Source: Eledone cirrhosa (Eukaryota). From it: 64,000 bases of DNA. The translations under genes and the position numbers were made by a program. Location: assembly GCA_964016885.1 (NCBI GenBank), contig OZ024742.1, positions 372,372,001 to 372,436,000 on the forward strand. The letters run 5' to 3'. The notes beneath the pieces were generated by a model, which was given only the letters and a program-made list of their open reading frames with translations, searched no databases and was not told the origin of the DNA. Position 1 is the stretch's first letter, and each line of letters starts with the position of its first letter. Below, piece by piece: positions 14,901-29,309 of the stretch.

Positions 14901-17900
14901 CTCATTCTAGAAACTGTAAATATCATTCTATATACACTGTAAATCTCTTTCTATATAAACTGTAAATCTCATTCTATATAAACTGTAAATCTCATTCTAT
15001 AAACTGTAAATCTCTTTCTATATAAACTGTAAATCTCGTTCTATATAAGCTGTAAATCTCATTCTATAAACTGTAAATCTCTTTCTATATAAACTGTAAA
15101 TCTCATTCTATATAAACTGTATATATCATTCTATAAACTGTAAATCTCATTCTATAAACTGTAAATCTCTTTCTATATAAACTGTAAATCTCATTCTATA
15201 TAAACTGTAAATCTCTTTCTATATGAACTGTAAATCTCATTCTATATAAGTTGTAAATCTCATTCTATAAACTGTGAATCGCATTCTAAAATAAACTGTA
15301 AATCTCGTTCTATATAAGCTGTAAATCTCATTCTATATAAACTATAAATCTCTTTCTATATAAACCGTAAATTTCATTCTATAAACTGTAAATCTCTTTC
15401 TATATAAACTGTAAATCTCATTCTATATAAACTGTAAATCTCTTTCTATATAAACTGTAAATCTCATTCTATATAAACTGTAAATCTCATTCTATAAACT
15501 GTAAATCTCTTTCTATATAAACTGTAAATCTCATTCTATATAAACTATAAATCTCTTTCTATATAAACTGTAAATTTCATTCTATAAACTGTAAATCTCA
15601 TTCTATATAAACTGTAAATCTCTTTCTATATAAACTGTAAATCTCATTCTATATAAACTGTAAATCTCATTCTATAAACTGTAAATCTCTTTCCATATAA
15701 ACTGTAAATCTCATTCTATATAAACTGTAAATCTCTTTCTATATAAACTGTAAATCTCATTCTATATAAACTGTAAATCTCTTTCTATATAAACTGTAAG
15801 TCTCATTCTATATAAACTGTGAATCTCATTCTATAAACTGTAAATCTCTTTCTATATAAACTGTAAATATCATTCTATATACACTGTAAATCTCTTTCTA
15901 TATAAACTGTAAATCTCATTCTATATAAACTGTAAATCACATTCTATAAACTGTAAATCTCTTTCTATATAAACTGTAAATCTCGTTCTATATAAGCTGT
16001 AAATCTCATTCTATAAACTGTAAATCTCTTTCTACATAAACTGTAAATCTCATTCTATATAAACTGTATATATCATTCTATAAACTGTAAATCTCATTCT
16101 ATAAACTGTAAATCTTTCTATATAAACTGTAAATCTCATTCTATATAAACTGTAAATCTCTTTCTATATGAAATGTAAATCTCATTCTATATAAATTGTA
16201 AATCTCATTCTATAAACTGTGAATCTCATTCTATATAAACTGTAAATATCTTTCTATATGAACTGTAAATCTCATTCTATATAAACTGTAAATCTATTTC
16301 TATATAATCTGTAAATCTCATTCTATATAAACTGTAAATCTCATTCTATATAAACTTTAAATCTCATTCTATATAAACTGTAAATCTCTTTCTATATAAA
16401 CTGTAAATCTCATTCTATATAAACTGTGAATCTCATTCTATATAAACTGTAATTCTCATTCTATATTAACTGTAAATCTCATTCTATAAACTGTAAATCT
16501 CTTTCTATATAAGCTGTAAATCTCATTCTATATAAACTGTAAATCTCATTCTATAAACTGTAAATCTCATTCTATATAAACTGTAAATCTCATTCTATAA
16601 ACTGTAAATCTCTTTCTATATAAACTGTAAATCTCTTTCTATATAAACTGTAAATCTCATTCTATATAATCTGTAAATCTCATTCTATAAACTGTAAATC
16701 TCATTCTATATAAACTGTAAATCTCTTTCTATATAAACTATAAATCTCATTCTATATAAACTGTAAATCTCATTCTATAAACTGTAAATCTCTTTCTATA
16801 TAAACTGTAAATCTCATTCTATATAAGCTGTAAATCTCATACTATAAACTGTAAATCTCTTTCTATATAAACTGTAAATCTCATTCTATATAAACTGTAT
16901 ATATCATTCTATAAACTGTAACTCTCAGTCTATAAACTGTAAATCTCGTTCTATATAAACTGTAAATCTCTTTCTATATGAACTGTAAATCTCTTTCTAT
17001 ATAAACTCTGAATCTCATTCTATATAAGCTGTAAATCTCATTCTATGAACTGTAAATCTCTTTCTATATAAACTGTAAATCTCATTCTATATAAACTGTA
17101 AATCTCATTCTATAAACTGTAAATCTCTTTCTATATAAACTGTAAATCTCATTCTATATAAACTGTAAATCTCTTTCTATATAAACTGTAAATTTCATTC
17201 TATAAACTGTAAATCTCTTTCTATATAAACTGGAAATCTCATTCTATATAAACTGTAAATCTCCTTCTATATAAACTGTAAATCTCATTCTATATAAACT
17301 GTGAATCTCATTCTAGAAACTGTAAATCTCTTTCTATATAAACTGTAAATATCATTCTATATACACTGTAAATCTCTTTCTATATAAACTGTAAATCTCA
17401 TTCTATATAAACTGTAAATCTCATTCTATAAACTGTAAATCTCTTTCTATATAAACTGTAAATCTCGTTCTATATAAGCTGTAAATCTCATTATATAAAC
17501 TGTAAATCTCTTTCTATATAAACTGTAAATCTCATTCTATATAAACTGTAAATCTCATTCTATAAACTGTAAATCTCTTTCTATATAAACTGTAAATCTC
17601 GTTCTATATAAGCTGTAAATCTCATTCTATAAACTGTAAATCTCTTTCTATATAAACTGTAAATCTCATTCTATATAAACTGTATATATCATTCTATAAA
17701 CTGTAAATCTCATTCTATAAACTGTAAATCTCTTTCTATATAAACTGTAAATCTCATTCTATATAAACTGTAAATCTCTTTCTATATGAACTGTAAATCT
17801 CATTCTATATAAGTTGTAAATCTCATTCTATAAACTGTGAATCGCATTCTAAAATAAACTGTAAATCTCGTTCTATATAAGCTGTAAATCTCATTCTATA

Positions 17901-20900
17901 TAAACTATAAATCTCTTTCTATATAAACTGTAAATTTCATTCTATAAACTGTAAATCTCCTTCTATATAAACTGTAAATCTCATTCTATATAAACTGTAA
18001 ATCTCTTTCTATATAAACTGTAAATCTCATTCTATATAAACTGTAAATCTCATTCTATAAACTGTAAATCTCTTTCTATATAAACTGTAAATCTCATTCT
18101 ATATAAACTATAAATCTCTTTCTATATAAACTGTAAATTTCATTCTATAAACTGTAAATCTCATTCTATATAAACTGTAAATCTCTTTCTATATAAACTG
18201 TAAATCTCATTCTATATAAACTGTAAATCTCATTCTATAAACTGTAAATCTCTTTCCATATAAACTGTAAATCTCATTCTATATAAACTGTAAATCTCTT
18301 TCTATATAAACTGTAAATCTCATTCTATATAAACTGTAAATCTCTTTCTATATAAACTGTAAGTCTCATTCTATATAAACTGTGAATCTCATTCTATAAA
18401 CTGTAAATCTCTTTCTATATAAACTGTAAATATCATTCTATATACACTGTAAATCTCTTTCTATATAAACTGTAAATCTCATTCTATATAAACTGTAAAT
18501 CACATTCTATAAACTGTAAATCTCTTTCTATATAAACTGTAAATCTCGTTCTATATAAGCTGTAAATCTCATTCTATAAACTGTAAATCTCTTTCTACAT
18601 AAACTGTAAATCTCATTCTATATAAACTGTATATATCATTCTATAAACTGTAAATCTCATTCTATAAACTGTAAATCTTTCTATATAAACTGTAAATCTC
18701 ATTCTATATAAACTGTAAATCTCTTTCTATATGAAATGTAAATCTCATTCTATATAAATTGTAAATCTCATTCTATAAACTGTGAATCTCATTCTATATA
18801 AACTGTAAATATCTTTCTATATGAACTGTAAATCTCATTCTATATAAACTGTAAATCTATTTCTATATAATCTGTAAATCTCATTCTATATAAACTGTAA
18901 ATCTCATTCTATATAAACTTTAAATCTCATTCTATATAAACTGTAAATCTCTTTCTATATAAACTGTAAATCTCATTCTATATAAACTGTGAATCTCATT
19001 CTATATAAACTGTAATTCTCATTCTATATTAACTGTAAATCTCATTCTATAAACTGTAAATCTCTTTCTATATAAGCTGTAAATCTCATTCTATATAAAC
19101 TGTAAATCTCATTCTATAAACTGTAAATCTCATTCTATATAAACTGTAAATCTCATTCTATAAACTGTAAATCTCTTTCTATATAAACTGTAAATCTCTT
19201 TCTATATAAACTGTAAATCTCATTCTATATAATCTGTAAATCTCATTCTATAAACTGTAAATCTCATTCTATATAAACTGTAAATCTCTTTCTATATAAA
19301 CTGTAAATCTCATTCTATATAAACTGTAAATCTCATTCTATAAACTGTAAATCTCTTTCTATATAAACTGTAAATCTCATTCTATATAAGCTGTAAATCT
19401 CATACTATAAACTGTAAATCTCTTTCTATATAAACTGTAAATCTCATTCTATATAAACTGTATATATCATTCTATAAACTGTAACTCTCAGTCTATAAAC
19501 TGTAAATCTCGTTCTATATAAACTGTAAATCTCTTTCTATATGAACTGTAAATCTCTTTCTATATAAACTCTGAATCTCATTCTATATAAGCTGTAAATC
19601 TCATTCTATGAACTGTAAATCTCTTTCTATATAAACTGTAAATCTCATTCTATATAAACTGTAAATCTCATTCTATAAACTGTAAATCTCTTTCTATATA
19701 AACTGTAAATCTCATTCTATATAAACTGTAAATCTCTTTCTATATAAACTGTAAATTTCATTCTATAAACTGTAAATCTCTTTCTATATAAACTGGAAAT
19801 CTCATTCTATATAAACTGTAAATCTCCTTCTATATAAACTGTAAATCTCATTCTATATAAACTGTGAATCTCATTCTAGAAACTGTAAATCTCTTTCTAT
19901 ATAAACTGTAAATATCATTCTATATACACTGTAAATCTCTTTCTATATAAACTGTAAATCTCATTCTATATAAACTGTAAATCTCATTCTATAAACTGTA
20001 AATCTCTTTCTATATAAACTGTAAATCTCGTTCTATATAAGCTGTAAATCTCATTATATAAACTGTAAATCTCTTTCTATATAAACTGTAAATCTCATTC
20101 TATATAAACTGTATATATCATTCTATAAACTGTAAATCTCATTCTATAAACTGTAAATCTCTTTCTATATAAACTGTAAATCTCATTCTATATAAACTGT
20201 AAATCTCTTTCTATATGAACTGTAAATCTCATTCTATATAAATTGTAAATCTCATTCTATAAACTGTGAATCGCATTCTAAAATAAACTGTAAATCTCGT
20301 TCTATATAAGCTGTAAATTTCATTCTATAAACTGTAAATCTCTTTCTATATAAACTGTAAATCTCATTCTATATAAACTGTAAATCTCTTTCTATATAAA
20401 CTGTAAATCTCATTCTATATAAACTGTAAATCTCATTCTATAAACTGTAAATCTCTTTCTATATAAACTGTAAATCTCGTTCTATATAAGCAGTAAATCT
20501 CATTCTATAAACTGTAAATCTCTTTCTATATAAACTGTAAATCTCATTCTATATAAACTGTAAATCTCTTTCTATATAAACTGTAAATTTCATTCTATAA
20601 ACTGTAAATCTCTTTCTATATAAACTGTAAATCTCATTCTATATAAACTGTAAATCTCTTTCTATATAAACTGTAAATCTCGTTCTATATAAGCTGTAAA
20701 TCGCATTCTATAAACTGTAAATCTCATTCTATATAAACTGTAAATCTCATTCTATGAACTGTAAATCTCTTTCTATATAAACTGTAAATCTCATTCTATA
20801 TAATCTGTAAATATCATTCTATAAACTGTAAATCTCATTCTATATAAACTGTAAATCTCTTTCTATATAAACTGTAAATCTCATTCTATATAAACTGTTA

Positions 20901-23900
20901 ATCTCATTCTATAAACTGTAAATCTCTTTCTATATAAACTGTAAATCTCATTCTATATAAGCTGTAAATCTCATTCTATAAACTGTAAATCTCTTTCTAT
21001 ATAAACTGTAAATCTCATTCTATATAAACTGTATATATCATTCTATAAACTGTAACTCTCAGTCTATAAACTGTAAATCTCGTTCTATATAAACTGTAAA
21101 TCTCTTTCTATATGAACTGTAAATCTCTTTCTATATAAACTCTGAATCTCATTCTATATAAGCTGTAAATCTCATTCTATGAACTGTAAATCTCTTTCTA
21201 TATAAACTGTAAATCTCATTCTATATAAACTGTAAATCTCATTCTATATAAACTGTAAATTTCATTCTATAAACTGTAAATCTCTTTCTATATAAACTGT
21301 AAATATCATTCTATATACACTGTAAATTTCATTCTATATAACCTGTAAATCTCATTCTATATAAACTGTAAATCACATTCTATAAACTGTAAATCTCTTT
21401 CTATATAAACTGTAAATCTCGTTCTATATAAGCTGTAAATCTCATTCTATAGACTGTAAATCTCTTTCTATATAAACTGTAAATCTCATTCTATATAAAC
21501 TGTATATATCATTCTATAAACTGTAAATCTCATTCTATAAACTGTAAATCTCTTTCTATATAAACTGTAAGTCTCATTCTATATAAACTGTAAATCTCTT
21601 TCTATATGAACTGTAAATCTCATTCTATATAAACTGTAAATCTCATTCTATAAACTGAATCTCATTCTATATAAACTGTAAATCTCATTCTATAAACTGT
21701 AAATCTCTTTCTATATAAGCTGTAAATCTCATTCTATATAAACTGTAAATCTCATTCTATAAACTGTAAGTCTCATTCTATATAAACTGTAAATCTCATT
21801 CTATAAACTGTAAATCTCTTTCTATATAAACTGTAAATCTCATTCTATATAATCTGTAAATCTCATTCTATAAACTGTAAATCTCATTCTATATAAACTG
21901 TAAATCTCTTTCTATATTAACTGTAAATCTCATTCTTTATAAACTGTAAATCTCATTCTATAAACTGTAAATCTCTTTCTATATAAACTGTAAATCTCAT
22001 TCTATATAAGCTGTAAATCTCATACTATAAACTGTAAATCTCCTTCTATATAAACTGTAAATCTCATTCTATATAAACTGTAAATCTCTTTCTATATAAA
22101 CTGTAAATCTCATTCTATATAAACTGTGAATCTCATTCTATAAACTGTAAATCTCTTTCTATATAAACTGTAAATATCATTCTATATACACTGTAAATCT
22201 CTTTCTATATAAACTGTAAATCTCATTCTATATAAACTGTAAATCTCATTCTATAAACTGTAAATCTATTTCTATATAAACTGTAAATCTCGTTCTATAT
22301 AAGCTGTAAATCTCATTCTATAAACTGTAAATCTGTTTCTATATAAACTGTAAATTTCATTCTATATAAACTGTATATATCATTCTATAAACTGTAAATC
22401 TCATTCTATAAACTGTAAATCTCTTTCTATATAAACTGTAAATCTCATTCTATATAAACTGTAAATCTCTTTCTATATAAACTGTAAATCTCATTCTATA
22501 TAAATTGTAAATCTCATTCTATAAACTGTGAATCGCATTCTAAAATAAACTGTAAATCTCGTTCTATATAAGCTGTAAATCTCATTCTATAAACTGTAAA
22601 TCTCTTTCTATATAAACTGTAAATCTCATTCTATATAAACTATAAATCTTTTTCTATATAAACTGTAAATTTCATTCTATAAACTGTAAATCTCTTTCTA
22701 TATAAACTGTAAATCTCATTCTATATAAACTGTAAATCTCTTTCTATATAAACTGTAAATTTCATTCTATAAACTGTAAATCTCTTTCTATATAAACTGT
22801 AAATCTCATTCTATATAAACTGTAAATCTCTTTCTATATAAACTGTCATTCTCGTTCTATATAAGCTGTAAATCTCATTCTATAAACTGTAAATCTCATT
22901 CTATATAAACTGTAAATCTCATTCTATATAAACTTTAAATCTCATTCTATATAAACTGTAAATCTCTTTCTATATAAACTGTAAATCTCATTCTATATAA
23001 ACTGTGAATCTCATTCTATATAAACTGTAATTCTCATTCTATATTAACTGTAAATCTCATTCTATAAACTGTAAATCTCTTTCTATATAAGCTGTAAATC
23101 TCATTCTATATAAACTGTAAATCTCATTCTATAAACTGTAAATCTCATTCTATATAAACTGTAAATCTCATTCTATAAACTGTAAATCTCTTTCTATATA
23201 AACTGTAAATCTCTTTCTATATAAACTGTAAATCTCATTCTATATAATCTGTAAATCTCATTCTATAAACTGTAAATCTCATTCTATATAAACTGTACAT
23301 CTCTTTCTATATAAACTGTAAATCTCATTCTATATAAACTGTAAATCTCATTCTATAAACTGTAAATCTCTTTCTATATAAACTGTAAATCTCATTCTAT
23401 ATAAGCTGTAAATCTCATACTATAAACTGTAAATCTCTTTCTATATAAACTGTAAATCTCATTCTATATAAACTGTATATATCATTCTATAAACTGTAAC
23501 TCTCAGTCTATAAACTGTAAATCTCGTTCTATATAAACTGTAAATCTCTTTCTATATGAACTGTAAATCTCTTTCTATATAAACTCTGAATCTCATTCTA
23601 TATAAGCTGTAAATCTCATTCTATGAACTGTAAATCTCTTTCTATATAAACTGTAAATCTCATTCTATATAAACTGTAAATCTCATTCTATAAACTGTAA
23701 ATCTCTTTCTATATAAACTGTAAATCTCATTCTATATAAACTGTAAATCTCTTTCTATATAAACTGTAAATTTCATTCTATAAACTGTAAATCTCTTTCT
23801 ATATAAACTGGAAATCTCATTCTATATAAACTGTAAATCTCCTTCTATATAAACTGTAAATCTCATTCTATATAAACTGTGAATCTCATTCTAGAAACTG

Positions 23901-24600
23901 TAAATATCATTCTATATACACTGTAAATCTCTTTCTATATAAACTGTAAATCTCATTCTATATAAACTGTAAATCTCATTCTATAAACTGTAAATCTCTT
24001 TCTATATAAACTGTAAATCTCGTTCTATATAAGCTGTAAATCTCATTCTATAAACTGTAAATCTCTTTCTATATAAACTGTAAATCTCATTCTATATAAA
24101 CTGTATATATCATTCTATAAACTGTAAATCTCATTCTATAAACTGTAAATCTCTTTCTATATAAACTGTAAATCTCATTCTATATAAACTGTAAATCTCT
24201 TTCTATATGAACTGTAAATCTCATTCTATATAAGTTGTAAATCTCATTCTATAAACTGTGAATCGCATTCTAAAATAAACTGTAAATCTCGTTCTATATA
24301 AGCTGTAAATCTCATTCTATATAAACTATAAATCTCTTTCTATATAAACTGTAAATTTCATTCTATAAACTGTAAATCTCTTTCTATATAAACTGTAAAT
24401 CTCATTCTATATAAACTGTAAATCTCTTTCTATATAAACTGTAAATCTCATTCTATATAAACTGTAAATCTCATTCTATAAACTGTAAATCTCTTTCTAT
24501 ATAAACTGTAAATCTCATTCTATATAAACTATAAATCTCTTTCTATATAAACTGTAAATTTCATTCTATAAACTGTAAATCTCTTTCTATATAAACTGTA
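2950..24600. repeat. Higher-order repeat of ~6.3-6.4 kb, about three copies, one expanded by an internal 2563-bp duplication
   Basis: Offset 6258: gtaactctcagt 4239/10497, TCTAGA 4633/10891, agcagt 5247/11505. Offset 6421: gtcaat 7440/13861, cassette 8091/14512, TCTAGA 8485/14906 and 10891/17312. Offset 8984 (6421+2563): agcagt 11505/20489, cassette 12068/21052, TCTAGA 14906/23890. Confidence 0.85.
14950..20080. repeat. Tandem duplication, period 2563 bp
   Basis: ctacat 16035/18598, gtaactctcagt 16918/19481 and TCTAGA 17312/19875 all lie at offset 2563. Confidence 0.85.
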
Positions 24601-27600
24601 AATCTCATTCTATATAAACTGTAAATCTCATTCTATATAAACTGTAAATCTCATTCTATATAAACTGTAAATCTCATTCTATAAACTGTAAATCTCTTTC
24701 TATATAAACTGTAAATCTCGTTCTATATAAGCAGTAAATCTCATTCTATAAACTGTAAATCTCTTTCTATATAAACTGTAAATCTCATTCTATATAAACT
24801 GTAAATCTCTTTCTATATAAACTGTAAATTTCATTCTATAAACTGTAAATCTCTTTCTATATAAACTGTAAATCTCATTCTATATAAACTGTAAATCTCT
24901 TTCTATATAAACTGTAAATCTCGTTCTATATAAGCTGTAAATCTCATTCTATAAACTGTAAATCTCATTCTATATAAACTGTAAATCTCATTCTATGAAC
25001 TGTAAATCTCTTTCTATATAAACTGTAAATCTCATTCTATATAATCTGTAAATCTCATTCTATAAACTGTAAATCTCATTCTATATAAACTGTAAATCTC
25101 TTTCTATATAAACTGTAAATCTCATTCTATATAAACTGTTAATCTCATTCTATAAACTGTAAATCTCTTTCTATATAAACTGTAAATCTCATTCTATATA
25201 AGCTGTAAATCTCATTCTATAAACTGTAAATCTCTTTCTATATAAACTGTAAATCTCATTCTATATAAACTGTATATATCATTCTATAAACTGTAACTCT
25301 CAGTCTATAAACTGTAAATCTCGTTCTATATAAACTGTAAATCTCTTTCTATATAAACTCTGAATCTCATTCTATATAAGCTGTAAATCTCATTCTATGA
25401 ACTGTAAATCTCTTTCTATATAAACTGTAAATCTCATTCTATATAAACTGTAAATCTCATTCTATATAAACTGTAAATTTCATTCTATAAACTGTAAATC
25501 TCTTTCTATATAAACTGTAAATATCATTCTATATACACTGTAAATCTCTTTCTATATGAACTGTAAATCTCATTCTATATAAACTGTAAATCTCATTCTA
25601 TAAACTGTAAATCTCTTTCTATATAAACTGTAAATCTCGTTCTATATAAGCTGTAAATCTCATTGTATAGACTGTAAATCTCTTTCTATATAAACTGTAA
25701 ATCTCATTCTATATAAACTGTATATATCATTCTATAAACTGTAAATCTCATTCTATAAACTGTAAATCTCTTTCTATATAAACTGTAAATCTCATTCTAT
25801 ATAAACTGTAAATCTCTTTCTATATGAACTGTAAATCTCATTCTATATAAACTGTAAATCTCATTCTATAAACTGTGAATCTCATTCTATATAAACTGTA
25901 AATCTCATTCTATAAACTGTAAATCTCTTTCTATATAAGCTGTAAATCTCATTCTATATAAACTGTAAATCTCAGTCTATAAACTGTAAGTCTCATTCTA
26001 TATAAACTGTAAATCTCATTCTATAAACTGTAAATCTCTTTCTATATAAACTGTAAATCTCATTCTATATAATCTGTAAATCTCATTCTATAAACTGTAA
26101 ATCTCATTCTATATAAACTGTAAATCTCATTCTATAAACTGTAAATCTCTTTCTATATTAACTGTAAATCTCATTCTATATAGACTGTAAATCTCATTCT
26201 ATAAACTGTAAATCTCTTTCTATATAAACTGTAAATCTCATTCTATATAAGCTGTAAATCTCATACTATAAACTGTAAATCTCCTTCTATATAAACTGTA
26301 AATCTCATTCTATATAAACTGTAAATCTCTTTCTATATAAACTGTAAATCTCATTCTATATAAACTGTGAATCTCATTCTATAAACTGTAAATCTCTTTC
26401 TATATAAACTGTAAATATTATTCTATATACACTGTAAATCTCTTACTATATAAACTGTAAATCTCATTCTATATAAACTGTAAATCTCATTCTATAAACT
26501 GTAAATCTATTTCTATATAAACTGTAAATCTCGTTCTATATAAGCTGTAAATCTCATTCTATAAACTGTAAATCTCTTTCTATATGAACTGTAAATCTCA
26601 TTCTATATAAACTGTATATATCATTCTATAAACTGTAAATCTCATTCTATAAACTGTAAATCTCTTTCTATATAAACTGTAAATCTCATTCTATATAAAC
26701 TGTAAATCTCTTTCTATATAAACTGTAAATCTCATTCTATATAAATTGTAAATCTCATTCTATAAACTGTGAATCGCATTCTAAAATAAACTGTAAATCT
26801 CGTTCTATATAAGCTGTAAATCTCATTCTATAAACTGTAAATCTCTTTCTATATAAACTGTAAATCTCATTCTATATAAACTATAAATCTCTTTCTATAT
26901 AAACTGTAAATTTCATTCTATAAACTGTAAATCTCTTTCTATATAAACTGTAAATCTCATTCTATATAAACTGTAAATCTCTTTCTATATAAACTGTAAA
27001 TTTCATTCTATAAACTGTAAATCTCTTTCTATATAAATTGTAAATCTCATTCTATATAAACTGTAAATCTCTTTCTATATAAACTGTAAATTTCATTCTA
27101 TAAACTGTAAATCTCTTTCTATATAAACTGTCAATCTCGTTCTATATAAGCTGTAAATCTCATTCTATAAACTGTAAATCTCATTCTATATAAACTGTAA
27201 ATCTCATTCTATGAACTGTAAATCTCTTTCTATATAAAATGTAAATCTCATTCTATATAATCTGTAAATCTCATTCTATAAACTGTAAATCTCATTCTAT
27301 ATAAACTGTAAATCTCTTTCTATATAAACTGTAAATCTCATTCTATATAAACTGTTAATCTCATTCTATAAACTGTAAATCTCTTTCTATATAAACTGTA
27401 AATCTCATTCTATATAAGCTGTAAATCTCATTCTATAAACTGTAAATCTCTTTCTATATAAACTGTAAATCTCATTCTATATAAACTGTATATATCATTC
27501 TATAAACTGTAACTCTCAGTCTATAAACTGTAAATCTCGTTCTATATAAACTGTAAATCTCTTTCTATATGAACTGTAAATCTCTTTCTATATAAACTCT

Positions 27601-29309
27601 GAATCTCATTCTATATAAGCTGTAAATCTCATTCTATGAACTGTAAATCTCTTTCTATATAAACTGTAAATCTCATTCTATATAAACTGTAAATCTCTTT
27701 CTATATAAACTGTAAATTTCATTCTATAAACTGTAAATCTCTTTCTATATAAACTGTAAATCTCATTCTATATAAACTGTAAATCTCTTTCTATATAAAC
27801 TGTAAATCTCATTCTATATAAACTGTGAATCTCATTCTATAAACTGTAAATCTCTTTCTATATAAACTGTAAATCTCGTTCTATATAAGCTGTAAATCTC
27901 ATTCTATAGACTGTAAATCTCTTTCTATATAAACTGTAAATCTCATTCTATATAAACTGCATATATCATTCTATAAACTGTAAATCTCATTCTATAAACT
28001 GTAAATCTCTTTCTATATAAACTGTAAATCTCATTCTATATAAACTGTAAATCTCTTTCTATATGAAATGTAAATCTCATTCTATATAAATTGTAAATCT
28101 CATTCTATAAACTGTGAATCTCATTCTATATAAACTGTAAATCTCATTCTATAAACTGTAAATCTCTTTCTATATAAGCTGTAAATCTCATTCTATATAA
28201 ACTGTAAATCTCATTCTATAAACTGTAAGTCTCATTCTATATAAACTGTAAATCTCATTCTATAAACTGTAAATCTCTTTCTATATAAACTGTAAATCTC
28301 ATTCTATATAATCTGTAAATCTCATTCTATAAACTGTAAATCTCATTCTATATAAACTGTAAATCTCTTTCTATATAAACTGTAAATCTCATTCTATATA
28401 AACTGTAAATCTCATTCTATAAACTGTAAATCTCTTTCTATATAAACTGTAAATCTCATTCTATATAAGCTGTAAATCTCATACTATAAACTGTAAATCT
28501 CCTTCTATATAAACTGTAAATCTCATTCTATATAAACTGTAAATCTCATTCTATATAAACTTTAAATCTCATTCTATGTAAACTGTAAATCTCTTTCAAT
28601 ATAAACTGTAAATCTCATTCTATATAAACTGTGAATCTCATTCTATATAAACTGTAATTCTCATTCTATATTAACTGTAAATCTCATTCTATAAACTGTA
28701 AATCTCTTTCTATATAAGCTGTGAATCTCATTCTATATAAACTGTAAATCTCATTCTATAAACTGTAAATCTCATTCTATATAAACTGTAAATCTCATTC
28801 TATAAACTGTAAATCTCTTTCTATATAAACTGTAAATCTCATTCTATATAATCTGTAAATCTCATTCTATAAACTGTAAATCTCATTCTATATAAACTGT
28901 AAATCTCTTTCTATATAAACTCTAAATCTCATTCTATATAAACTGTAGATCTTATTCTATAAACTGTAAATCTCTTTCTATATAAACTGTAAATCTCATT
29001 CTATATAAGCTGTAAATCTCATACTATAAACTATAAATCTCTTTCTATATAAACTGTAAATATCATTCTATATAAACTGTATATATCATTCTATAAACTG
29101 TAACTCTCAGTCTATAAACTGTAAATCTCGTTCTATATAAACTGTAAATCTCTTTCTATATGAACTGTAAATCTCTTTCTATATAAACTCTGAATCTCAT
29201 TCTATATAAGCTGTAAATCTCATTCTATGAACTGTAAATCTCTTTCTATATAAACTGTAAATCTCATTCTATATAAACTGTAAATCTCATTCTATAAACT
29301 GTAAATCTC

